Source of the DNA: Candidatus Latescibacterota bacterium
Lineage (GTDB): Bacteria; Latescibacterota; UBA2968; UBA8231
Direction of reading: 5' to 3'
Assembly: GCA_963422735.1 (NCBI GenBank)
Contig: OY730476.1
Location: forward strand, 1,120,001 to 1,184,000
Length of the DNA: 64,000 bases
Below are positions 27,552 to 35,474 of the stretch, in pieces. How positions within the stretch are numbered: position 1 is the first letter of the stretch; each line of letters starts with the position of its first letter. Under the pieces are notes generated by a model. It saw only the letters and a program-made list of their open reading frames with translations, was not told the origin of the DNA and made no database searches. The position numbers were made by a program, and so were the translations under genes.

Positions 27552-28624
27552 GCGTTGCACCAAATAAAATCGCCGCTGCTCGCGCTGCCCTCGACGCCCA
27601 TGTCCGCGCCATCATCGAGTGGCACTTCAGCCCCGAGACCGGCTGCCCATTTTGGCTCTCCTACGCGCAACAGTTCGACTTCGACCCGCGCGAGAAAATC
27701 CGCTCCTACGCCGACTTGGCCCTACTCGGCCATTTTGAGGACGAATGGCTGCGCGGCGGCCCGGTGCGCCAGTGGGTGCCCAAAGCCTATGCCGACGAGC
27801 CGATCTATGTCTTCGAGACCGGTGGCTCGACCGGCCTGCCCAAATACCGCATCAACATCCGCGACTTCCAAACCGACTACGCGCTCTACAGCGAGAGTCT
27901 GTCCGAGGAGGGTTTTCCCATCGGGGCCGACTGGCTGATGCTGGGGCCTTCGGGGCCGCGCCGCCTGCGCCTTGCCATCGAGTACCTAGCCCAGCTACGC
28001 GGCGGCTTGTGCTTTCTGGTGGATCTCGACCCGCGTTGGGTCAACGAACTCATCCGCGTCGGCAAAATGCGCGAGCTGGAAGCCTACAAAGCCCATGTCG
28101 TCGATCAGGCGCTCAAGGTCCTCAAGGCCCACGACAACGTGCAGTGCGTCTTCACTACCCCCCGCCTCCTCGAAGCCCTCTGCGAAAAAGTCTCCCTGCC
28201 CAAACTCGGGATTAAGGGAATCTTCTGCGGCGGCACGGAAATGACCGCCCAGTTCCACCGTTTCGCGCACGAGGAGTTGGTGCCCGGCCTCGCCTTTGTC
28301 CCCACCTACGGCAACACCCTAATGGGTCTAGCCTGCCCCAAGCCCTTTGACCCAGCCGATGAGTACGCTATCACTTATTATCCACCGCAGCCACGCGCCG
28401 TCATCGAACTGGTTGATCCCAAAGATCCCTCGCGTAAGGTCGGATACGGCGAGGCTGGCCAAGTCATGCTCACCACCCTGACCAAGGAATTTTTCATGCC
28501 CCGCTTCCTCGAGCGCGACGAGGCCGAACGAGCCGCGCCCGTCGACGCTTATCCTTGGGATGGCGTCAAAGACTTGCGCTTGCTGACGGAGTTGCAAGAG
28601 TCCGTGGTGGTGGGAGTGTACTGA
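27548..28624 (+). CDS. EhpF-like adenylate-forming enzyme (ANL/LuxE-related)
   Basis: WHFSPETGCPFW, ETGGSTGLPK P-loop, DLDPRWV, GGTE, YGNT, ERD and terminal GVY match EhpF motifs as recalled. Confidence 0.8.
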   Translation: MSVAPNKIAAARAALDAHVRAIIEWHFSPETGCPFWLSYAQQFDFDPREKIRSYADLALLGHFEDEWLRGGPVRQWVPKAYADEPIYVFETGGSTGLPKYRINIRDFQTDYALYSESLSEEGFPIGADWLMLGPSGPRRLRLAIEYLAQLRGGLCFLVDLDPRWVNELIRVGKMRELEAYKAHVVDQALKVLKAHDNVQCVFTTPRLLEALCEKVSLPKLGIKGIFCGGTEMTAQFHRFAHEELVPGLAFVPTYGNTLMGLACPKPFDPADEYAITYYPPQPRAVIELVDPKDPSRKVGYGEAGQVMLTTLTKEFFMPRFLERDEAERAAPVDAYPWDGVKDLRLLTELQESVVVGVY

Positions 28625-28666
28625 GGTGGGAGTTCGACGCTAAAGTCATATTGAGAGAGGTACGCA

Positions 28667-28745
28667 ATGGATTATCAAAAGTACATCTACTGGCAGGATG
28701 GCGATATGTGGCTTGGCTATTAGAGCGCTATCCCGACTTCGGAGG
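28667..28745 (+). pseudogene. HicB-like antitoxin 5' fragment
   Basis: MDYQKYIYWQDGDMWLGY then frameshift to LERYPDF; RBS present. Confidence 0.5.
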
Positions 28746-28923
28746 CGCGTACTCTCTCCAGTCATCAAGTGTCAACAAACGCCGAACACCCTTCCTAATG
28801 ATCCCCGAACCGATTGATGTCGCGTCTGACATAGGGTAAACCTTTTCCACCCGGTAAGGTTGATTTCCAGTATAGGAATGTGTATCGTCCATACACATAC
28901 TTATAGGAAAGGAGTAGGCGAAG

Positions 28924-29199
28924 GTGGCCAGAGTTCAGTTAGTGATCCCCGATGAGGATCGCGATCGCTTTGTCCATCAGGCGCGGAGCGAGGGCATGAC
29001 CTTGAGCGCGTGGCTCAGGGCCGCCGCCCGCCGACAACTCGAAGAACAGCAGCGATCCCACCCCTTTGAATCCCCGGCCGACCTCGAGAAGTTCTTCAGT
29101 GCCTGCGACGCATTGGAAGGTCCTGGGCGAGAACCGGATTGGCAAGAGCACCTAGCCGTCATCGACGAATCGCGGAAACGGGACGCATCCAAGACGTGA
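28924..29199 (+). CDS. vapB: VapB-like RHH antitoxin
   Basis: RVQLVIPDE...ARSEGMTLSAWLRAAA; GTGA-coupled to the PIN toxin. Confidence 0.75.
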   Translation: MARVQLVIPDEDRDRFVHQARSEGMTLSAWLRAAARRQLEEQQRSHPFESPADLEKFFSACDALEGPGREPDWQEHLAVIDESRKRDASKT

Positions 29200-29588
29200 T
29201 CTTTGTCGATACCAACGTCTTCATGTACGCGGTGGGCCGGCCGCATCCTCTCCGCGGTGAAGCGCGGGAATTCTTCGCCGAGTGTACCCGATCTCGCGCT
29301 CCTCTATGCACATCGGCGGAGGTGCTGCAGGAGCTAGCTCACGCCTACCTACCGGTTGCGCGAGCGCAGACACTCGATGCTGCCCTATCGCTGATCGCCA
29401 AGTCCCGCGTGGAGGTGTGGCCGCTGGAGCAGGCGGATGTCACCTTAGCGTGGCAACTCCACCAACAGCATCCCACTCTGGGTGCCCGGGACCTTTGCCA
29501 CCTAGCCAGTTGTCGCCGGCGTGGCGTGAGCGAGGTCCAAACCTTCGATCAGGCCCTCAGTGCTGTCATCGGTAGAGCTGCACAGTGA
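29196..29588 (+). CDS. vapC: VapC PIN-domain toxin
   Basis: IFVDTNVFMY, TSAEVLQE, ARDLCHLA, TFD. Confidence 0.88.
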   Translation: MIFVDTNVFMYAVGRPHPLRGEAREFFAECTRSRAPLCTSAEVLQELAHAYLPVARAQTLDAALSLIAKSRVEVWPLEQADVTLAWQLHQQHPTLGARDLCHLASCRRRGVSEVQTFDQALSAVIGRAAQ

Positions 29589-29725
29589 TACTCGGCGCGA
29601 AATAACCACGCCTACATATCTCTTCGGTAGTGGCTATTGCAATGTGATTTGAGGATCGTCCTCATACGCCGAATCTATTTGAACCAGACGCTCTAAAATC
29701 AGACAGAATAACCCGAACAAATGCT

Positions 29726-30019
29726 TTAGTAACACAGTCTCTTTGATAACACCAGTGCATTCAAAACGCCTTCAGGAAAATCAGTACCAAACATGCCTTC
29801 ATCGTCCTTAATCCAGAGATGGATTCTTGGCAGTCTTTGACACAACTCCCGTATCCTATCATCAGCGAGTAGCAACTTGATTTTCTCCGGACTATTGCCT
29901 TTGATTACAACATTCTTGTCCCAAAAGCCCCTGTCAATAAATTCACCGCCTATATCGGTAGCAATCTGTGTCCAGATTTCGTCCTCGGACAGACCCAAAC
30001 TAGATCTGCGTTTACTCAT
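29726..30019 (-). pseudogene. Hypothetical protein (DUF3137-like), apparently internally deleted
   Basis: EIWTQIATDIGGEFIDRGFW joined directly to VIKGNSPEKIKLLL; GAGGA RBS. Confidence 0.45.
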
Positions 30020-30041
30020 TTTTTCCTCATTAAGCGTTCCG

Positions 30042-30129
30042 TTTAGACACCTCAACGGTTGGGGTGTCGCAGACACCCACCCCAACCGTTGGATTACAAA
30101 AAGTCTTCGACGGAGAGCTACGCGGTACA
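30042..30129 (-). promoter_or_regulatory. Cassette element copy 1 (TGTACCGCGT...AACGGTT-GGTGTC-N3-GACACC-AACCGTT-GGTGTCTAAA)
   Basis: Conserved with copy 2 at 30366-30476; bulged palindrome; directly upstream of an RBS and ATG. Confidence 0.7.
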
Positions 30130-30130
30130 C

Positions 30131-30167
30131 AAAAAAAGCCGAGCCCGCCCCAAAGGGCAGGCCCGGC
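30131..30167 (-). terminator. Intrinsic terminator
   Basis: GCCGGGCCTGCCC-TTTG-GGGCGGGCTCGGC-T7; stem mismatches are G-U on the minus strand. Confidence 0.85.
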
Positions 30168-30174
30168 CCTCGGC

Positions 30175-30339
30175 CTACAAGCGATAAGAGTCAACCAACT
30201 CCTCCATCGCTCGATAGGCCAACTCGAGGCGGTTGTGGCACAGTTCCATCTCGTCCCTATCATTCAGGGACTCCGCTACTTGGAACTCGACCTCTTCGCG
30301 CTCAATGCACTCCGCTAGGATTTTATATTCGGCGATCAT
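30175..30339 (-). CDS. 54-aa acidic helical hypothetical protein (below the ORF track cut-off)
   Basis: MIAEYKILAECIEREEVEFQVAESLNDRDEMELCHNRLELAYRAMEELVDSYRL*; AGGAG RBS; fills the space between element copy 2 and the terminator. Confidence 0.7.
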   Translation of the reverse strand: MIAEYKILAECIEREEVEFQVAESLNDRDEMELCHNRLELAYRAMEELVDSYRL

Positions 30340-30365
30340 TGCTCAATCTCCTGATTAAAATTCGA

Positions 30366-30476
30366 TTTAGACACCCCAACGGTTGTGGTGTCACCGACAC
30401 CACCATAACCGTTAGGACCCAACCTATCAGAGAGGGTTAATAGCTACTCAGAAAGAGTTGATAGCCACGCGGTACA
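30366..30476 (-). promoter_or_regulatory. Cassette element copy 2
   Basis: Same motifs as copy 1 with a different loop and bulge and a longer hairpin-rich spacer. Confidence 0.7.
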
Positions 30477-30477
30477 T

Positions 30478-30515
30478 AAAAAAAGCGGGCCCTCCCCCGA
30501 AGGGGAAGACCCGGC
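30478..30515 (-). terminator. Intrinsic terminator
   Basis: GGGTCTTCCCC-TTCG-GGGGAGGGCCC..T7 with a cUUCGg tetraloop. Confidence 0.88.
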
Positions 30516-30536
30516 GCATGGTTTACATTGTTACCC

Positions 30537-30950
30537 TCAAGGACCACCCAGATCATGGATGCTGATAGTGCTCATGCCCCGCACGTGCTGCAGCTTGAGT
30601 TGAACGCGCTTACCCTTGTAGCTGCGCGGGTCGAGACCGAACAGCTGCTCTAACTGCTCGCAGTGATCCTTCGAGAGCACGAAGCCCTTGCCGCCCCCTT
30701 TAAACCACAGCACCGGCTTGTCCTCCATTCTGCCGGTAGTGCGATTATAGATCTCCTCAGAGGTGATGGACTTAATCGTCAGCGTTGGTTCCTTAGAATC
30801 AAGAATGTCGCCCACCGAGTAGTAGGGCGACGAGTAATACTGCTGGGTTAGCGTTTTCTTTGAGTTTTGTGCGTAAAGCAGGATCATACTTGTAAGAATC
30901 ACGCTAATAGCGTGGAGAAGCACTCTTTCGATTGTGAAGATGCTATTCAT
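30537..30950 (-). CDS. Membrane-anchored phage-type protein, paralogue A
   Basis: N-terminal hydrophobic helix; TLTI..EE..KPVLWF..KGFVLS..LFG..YKGKRVQL; clear paralogue of 31639-32067. Confidence 0.7.
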   Translation of the reverse strand: MNSIFTIERVLLHAISVILTSMILLYAQNSKKTLTQQYYSSPYYSVGDILDSKEPTLTIKSITSEEIYNRTTGRMEDKPVLWFKGGGKGFVLSKDHCEQLEQLFGLDPRSYKGKRVQLKLQHVRGMSTISIHDLGGP

Positions 30951-31171
30951 TCCTTCTGCTCCTTCTTAGACGGGTTAAGACATGCGGCTTCCTTCTCGTT
31001 GAGTTTCTCGAACTGGTTCTGCTTGGCCCGTTCGAGCACCAAGCCTTGACGGTACATAGTCCGCACCATCTCGGTCGGCTTGACGTTGGGGCCAAAGACC
31101 TGTCGAAGGAACAGCAGGTCGGGGTCGTCGAGGTCGAACGGCACCTCGACCCTAATTGCTTGGTGCGCCAT
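30947..31171 (-). CDS. 74-aa protein, possible ribbon-helix-helix DNA-binding protein
   Basis: AAGGAGG RBS; IRVEVPF strand followed by two helices; ATGA-coupled to paralogue A. Confidence 0.55.
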   Translation of the reverse strand: MAHQAIRVEVPFDLDDPDLLFLRQVFGPNVKPTEMVRTMYRQGLVLERAKQNQFEKLNEKEAACLNPSKKEQKE

Positions 31172-31337
31172 CGGCTTCCTCCTTCCAGCCGGCCAAAAAG
31201 GCGGCATACATCCATTCGCGGTCGGGGGTCTCCCCCGTCTCGAGGTTAAGCGTGTAGCAAACGCCACACGCTTTTTCCACCGCTACAGTACGACGTGCTA
31301 GCTGATCAAACTAGCCTTGCGTCCACCGAAGGTTCAT
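31152..31337 (-). pseudogene. Small phage-like ORF with in-frame TAG at codon 9
   Basis: MNLRWTQG*FDQLARR...CGVC...MYAAFLAGWKE; TAATG coupling to the upstream ORF. Confidence 0.5.
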
Positions 31338-31375
31338 TAGCTCTCTGCCTCTAGCTCGGCCAGCTCAGCCGCCCG
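31315..31375. repeat. Junction direct repeat copy 1 (21 bp and 41 bp blocks fused)
   Basis: 31315-31335 = 32337-32357 and 31335-31375 = 32404-32444, identical. Confidence 0.9.
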
Positions 31376-31642
31376 GTCGGCGCCCGCCCGCTGGAAACAA
31401 TCCGCCTCGGCTATGATAGCCGGATCGTGGGTAGCCTCGGCCTCGGCCTCGTCGATTGCGGCGGCCCTTGAAGCCACCGCCAGTGCGTCGAAAGCCTCTC
31501 GGAAATCGCTAAAGCGGAGAGCACCGGAAGTGCCCAGCCGCCGGGCCCTATCTGAGCTACTTGATAGCCACTCGACACATAATCCGAGGGCGCAGTCCAG
31601 CTTCGTAAGAGCCTAGACCGGAGAGGCCGTCTGCGTACTCAT
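31337..31642 (-). pseudogene. Small phage-like ORF with in-frame TAG at codon 10
   Basis: MSTQTASPV*ALTKLDC...RAAELAELEAES*; ATGA overlap with paralogue B stop. Confidence 0.5.
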
Positions 31643-32067
31643 CTTTCATCCTCCCCTGTGTAGTGGATACGAATCGTGCTTAGGCCTTGTACGGACTGGA
31701 GCTTGAGTTGAACGCGCTTACCCTTATAGGTACGCGGATTAAGACCGAACAGGTACTCTAGCTGCTCGCATTGATCCCACGAGAGCACCAAGCCCTTATT
31801 CCCTTCGTAAAACCACAACACCGGCTTGGTCTCGGTGTGTCCAGTAATGTGGTGCTTCACCTCCTCGCGGATAATCGTTTGAATGGTCAGCGTCGGCTGC
31901 TCCGCTTCGATGTCGGCCATTGAGTAGTACTGCGACGGGTAATACGGCTGGATAAGCGATTGTACTTCGTTTCCTTTTATTGGGTTGGGCTCATATCTTA
32001 TTAGTGCTATGAGCCCGTTTCCTAAGAGTACTGCGAACGTGCTTAGACATAACAAAGTCCAGTTCAT
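31639..32067 (-). CDS. Membrane-anchored phage-type protein, paralogue B
   Basis: N-terminal hydrophobic helix; YPSQYYSMADI, TLTI, KPVLWF, KGLVLS, YKGKRVQL; AGGAGG RBS. Confidence 0.7.
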   Translation of the reverse strand: MNWTLLCLSTFAVLLGNGLIALIRYEPNPIKGNEVQSLIQPYYPSQYYSMADIEAEQPTLTIQTIIREEVKHHITGHTETKPVLWFYEGNKGLVLSWDQCEQLEYLFGLNPRTYKGKRVQLKLQSVQGLSTIRIHYTGEDER

Positions 32068-32111
32068 TTACTTCTCCTCCTGTTTAGATGGGTTTAGACA
32101 TCTGATACCTT

Positions 32112-32348
32112 CTATTTCAGGATAGAGGCGGCCTTGACTAGACGCTCTATCCAAAATTGACCCCAATCCTTCGTCGCCTTTAGCGTCCTTTGTGGCTTGT
32201 CCGTCTTAAAGACAAACCGATTTTCCTTCGTACTGATAACAACCTCCAAGGACCATAGCGACGCCTTCCGCATGATAGAAATATGCCGGTCGATGACCGC
32301 ATACGTGCCTGCGGGCAAATCGAGCCACTCTTCCTTCCTTGCGTCCAC
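32112..32348 (-). CDS. Small hypothetical protein, 5' end probably frameshifted
   Basis: 78-aa ORF; the NLRWTQG peptide shared with 31152-31337 lies one base out of frame upstream. Confidence 0.45.
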   Translation of the reverse strand: MDARKEEWLDLPAGTYAVIDRHISIMRKASLWSLEVVISTKENRFVFKTDKPQRTLKATKDWGQFWIERLVKAASILK

Positions 32349-32444
32349 CGAAGGTTCGCTTCACTCACACCATACTGCTGAGCATACCCGATTCTTGTCC
32401 GGCCATTAGCTCTCTGCCTCTAGCTCGGCCAGCTCAGCCGCCCG
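32337..32444. repeat. Junction direct repeat copy 2 (same blocks separated by 46 bp)
   Basis: Identical 21-bp and 41-bp blocks to 31315-31375. Confidence 0.9.
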
Positions 32445-32798
32445 CCGGACCAGCTCAGCCGCCGCTTTAGGCGCGGCCTGCTCTAGCGCCCATCGCCAAT
32501 CCCCTGCGGTGGCGCCGTGCTTGGCCGCCACCGCCTCAAAGCTACCGAGCGTGTCGGCCAGCGTCTGGTAACGATTAGCAACCAACTCCACCAACTCAAC
32601 GCGATCCGCCAGGGTCAGAAAGCCGATCCACCCCGACCATTTGCCGTTCTTGTTATAGGTCTTATCCGTACAAACAGCAAGACTCTTGGCCCCGTCCTGG
32701 GGCTTCGACAAAAAAGTAACCCCGTTGTCACTCACTAGGAAATAATAGGGCCGCTGGGAGCCGGGATACAACCCCGTGCGAAATCGTACGGTTTTCAT
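32406..32798 (-). CDS. Phage-like hypothetical protein
   Basis: AAGGAG RBS and upstream CATAAT; YNKNGKWSGW motif; first gene of the small-ORF array. Confidence 0.65.
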   Translation of the reverse strand: MKTVRFRTGLYPGSQRPYYFLVSDNGVTFLSKPQDGAKSLAVCTDKTYNKNGKWSGWIGFLTLADRVELVELVANRYQTLADTLGSFEAVAAKHGATAGDWRWALEQAAPKAAAELVRRAAELAELEAES

Positions 32799-32917
32799 GC
32801 TTCGATCTCCTTATTTAACCTTCATTATGAAAACGACGCCTTTTCCGACGCCCCAAACTATTGCAGATTATAAATCGCAAAGGCTCGCCCCAAATCCAAA
32901 CCAAAAACCAAAATCCC

Positions 32918-34315
32918 ATGCACCTACCTCTTCTCCGCGCCGGTCAGCCCTACGCCAGCCTCGACCGCCTCGCTGTCGCCCACATCGCCACCGGCCAACC
33001 TATGGCTCACGTCAGCCAAGCCAACCGCGGCCTGATCGCCCGCGACTTAGCCGCCCAAGAACGCAATCGCCAAGCACTGCAAGCTCTCACCGTCGCCGAA
33101 TTGGTCGCCATCTGCCAACGAGCAGCCGATCTCTTTTTGCACGCCGAGCTGCCTTTAGGCGACGGCAGCCAAACCCCGGACGACTACGTCGCGCAAGTCT
33201 CGGCCACCACCGGCCTGCCGCAGTCATTGGCCCGCGCCAACATGGACAAAATCCACCGCGTCGGCGTCGAAATGCCCGCCGTGCTCAGCGGCCTGACCCG
33301 AGGTTTGGATCTAACCATCCTCGACGACGGCCCAAGTCCGCTCCACTTCGTGCCCCACGCCCAAGCCCTCGGCTGCATCCTGCCGAGCAATTCGCCCGGC
33401 GTCCACGCGCTATGGCTGCCAGCCATCCCGCTCAAGAAGCCGCTGGTGCTCAAGCCGGGCCGTGAAGAGCCGTGGACGCCCTATCGCATCGCCCAAGCCC
33501 TGATCGCCGCCGGCTGTCCACCCCACGCTTTGAGCTACTACCCGACCGATCACAGCGGCAGCACTGAAATCCTGCTCCGCTGTGGTCGCTCGCTGCTGTT
33601 TGGCGGCGGCTCTACTGTAGCGCCCTGGCGCGGCGACCCTCGCGTCCAGTTACACGGACCAGGGCGCAGCAAGATCATCATCGGCGCAGACAAAATCGAC
33701 CAGTGGGAGCACTACCTCGACTTCATGGTCGCCTCAATCGCCGCCAATGGGGGCCGCTCCTGCCTCAACGCCTCCGGCATCTGGGTGCCCGAGCGGGGCC
33801 TTGAAATCGCGGCCGCTCTCGGCGAGCGTCTGCGCCAAATCCAAGCCCGCCCCCTCGACGATCCCCAAGCCCAAATCGCCGCCTTCCCCAATCCCGCAGG
33901 GGCGCGCCAACTCTCAACCCGAATCGACGCCCAGCTCGGCGACGCGGCCCAAGACACGGCCAGAGACCCAGGCGAACGCATCGCCGAGGTCGGCGGCTGC
34001 ACCTTCCTCAACCCAACCTTGATCCACGCCCCCGACTGGCAACATCCGCTCGCCAATGCGGAGTATCTCTTCCCCTTTGCCGCCGTCGTCGAAGTTCCGC
34101 AAGAAGAAGTGGTCGTGCGCATCGGCCCGACGCTGGTAGCTACCGCCCTCACCGAGGACGAGCACCTAACGCGCCAACTGCTCGCCGCGCACCACATCGA
34201 ACGCCTCAACCTCGGCCCGATCCCCACTCACCAGATCGCCTGGGATCAGCCGCACGAGGGCAACCTCTTCGACTTCCTCTACCAGCAGCGCGCCTTGCAG
34301 CGCAGAGCCGGATGA
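32918..34315 (+). CDS. Aldehyde dehydrogenase-fold acyl reductase (EhpG/LuxC-like)
   Basis: LPSNSPGVH, LKPGREEP, NGGRSCLNASG (catalytic Cys), EYLFPF; HGPGRSK where hydrolytic ALDHs have ELGGK. Confidence 0.8.
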   Translation: MHLPLLRAGQPYASLDRLAVAHIATGQPMAHVSQANRGLIARDLAAQERNRQALQALTVAELVAICQRAADLFLHAELPLGDGSQTPDDYVAQVSATTGLPQSLARANMDKIHRVGVEMPAVLSGLTRGLDLTILDDGPSPLHFVPHAQALGCILPSNSPGVHALWLPAIPLKKPLVLKPGREEPWTPYRIAQALIAAGCPPHALSYYPTDHSGSTEILLRCGRSLLFGGGSTVAPWRGDPRVQLHGPGRSKIIIGADKIDQWEHYLDFMVASIAANGGRSCLNASGIWVPERGLEIAAALGERLRQIQARPLDDPQAQIAAFPNPAGARQLSTRIDAQLGDAAQDTARDPGERIAEVGGCTFLNPTLIHAPDWQHPLANAEYLFPFAAVVEVPQEEVVVRIGPTLVATALTEDEHLTRQLLAAHHIERLNLGPIPTHQIAWDQPHEGNLFDFLYQQRALQRRAG

Positions 34316-35439
34316 CCCCTTTCGACTTTGATCCATCCATCCGCGTAGTCTTTGGTGCCGGGACCCTCGACCGGCTAGGCGATCTCGCCCAGGCGTTGGC
34401 CGGCCCCCACGCCCTGCTCGTAACCGACCCCGGCCTCGTCCAAGCCGGCCTTGCCGAACAGGCCCTGCACGCGCTACAAAACGCCGGGCTAGAGACGACC
34501 CCCTTTTCCGCCCTAACGGAAAACCCCACGACCGAACACGTAGCCGCCGGCGTCCGTCACGCCCGCGCCCACGGCCCCATTGACCTGATCGTCGCCTTGG
34601 GCGGCGGCAGCGTTATGGACTGCGCCAAGGGCATCAATTTCCTGCTTACCAACAGCGGCCCAATGCAGGACTACCGAGGCTATGGCAAAGCCACCCAGCC
34701 CATGCTACCCTCCATCGGCGTTCCCACTACGGCCGGTACGGGTAGCGAGGCCCAATCCTACGCCCTGATTACCTGCCCTGACACGGGTTCCAAAATGGCC
34801 TGCGGTGACCACAAAGCGCGCTTCCACATCGCCCTCCTCGACCCGAACCTGCTGGCCAGCACCCCCCAGCGCGTCCGCGCCGACGCTGGCATGGACGCCC
34901 TCGCCCATGCCGTCGAAAGCTACGTCTCCACTCGCCGCACCCCCCTCTCGCAGATGTTCGCCCGCCAAGCCTGGCGGCTGCTAGCGCCCCACTACGAGGC
35001 GGCCGTCGCCGATCCCCAAAACGCCGCCGACACCATGCTTTTAGGGGCCCATCTAGCCGGCACCGCCATCGAAAACTCCATGCTCGGCGCCGCCCATGCC
35101 ACCGCCAACCCCCTCACCGCCCGCTACCCGCTCACCCATGGCCGGGCCGTGGCCCTGATGCTGCCGCACGTGATCCGCTTGAATGGCCCCGTGGTGGACG
35201 ATCTATACGGCGAACTGTGCGTGGATATCCAACTCAATGGTAGCACCTTCGCGCTCGCTGCCCATCTCGAAGAACTATGCACTATGGCAGGACTACCGCG
35301 TCGGCTCGCCGATTGTCAGGTCGCCGCAAGCAATCTACCCGCCATGGCCCAAGACGCCGCCGGCCAATGGACCGGCACCTTCAACCCGATTCCTCTGCAA
35401 GAAGTGGATTTCCTGCGACTGTACGAGACGGCGTTTTGA
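34312..35439 (+). CDS. Iron-containing alcohol dehydrogenase
   Basis: ALGGGSVMDCAK, PTTAGTGSE, DALAHAVE, GAAHATAN, HGRAVA; ATGA coupling. Confidence 0.92.
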   Translation: MTPFDFDPSIRVVFGAGTLDRLGDLAQALAGPHALLVTDPGLVQAGLAEQALHALQNAGLETTPFSALTENPTTEHVAAGVRHARAHGPIDLIVALGGGSVMDCAKGINFLLTNSGPMQDYRGYGKATQPMLPSIGVPTTAGTGSEAQSYALITCPDTGSKMACGDHKARFHIALLDPNLLASTPQRVRADAGMDALAHAVESYVSTRRTPLSQMFARQAWRLLAPHYEAAVADPQNAADTMLLGAHLAGTAIENSMLGAAHATANPLTARYPLTHGRAVALMLPHVIRLNGPVVDDLYGELCVDIQLNGSTFALAAHLEELCTMAGLPRRLADCQVAASNLPAMAQDAAGQWTGTFNPIPLQEVDFLRLYETAF

Positions 35440-35474
35440 TGGGGAAGGAAGGAACGTGGGACGACCGCCCGGTC

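Noticed and set aside
30048-30417. Canonical integron attC sites
   Set aside because: AAC...GTT ends and a one-sided bulge are suggestive, but each hairpin is only about 45 bp (attC sites are about 57 bp or more), terminators intervene and no intI is present.
31561-31582. Third copy of the cassette element (TTGATAGCCAC-N5-ACATAA matches 30458-30479)
   Set aside because: Short partial match inside an ORF with no palindrome or terminator; may be chance or a relic.
30537-32067. Diversity-generating retroelement TR/VR pair
   Set aside because: The paralogues differ at all base types and no reverse transcriptase is present.
29700-32900. Complete prophage or satellite
   Set aside because: No integrase, replication, packaging or structural genes; treated as a remnant or cassette array.
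27548-34315. Phenazine or bioluminescence gene cluster
   Set aside because: No phzA-G or luxAB in the window; only the adenylase and reductase are present.
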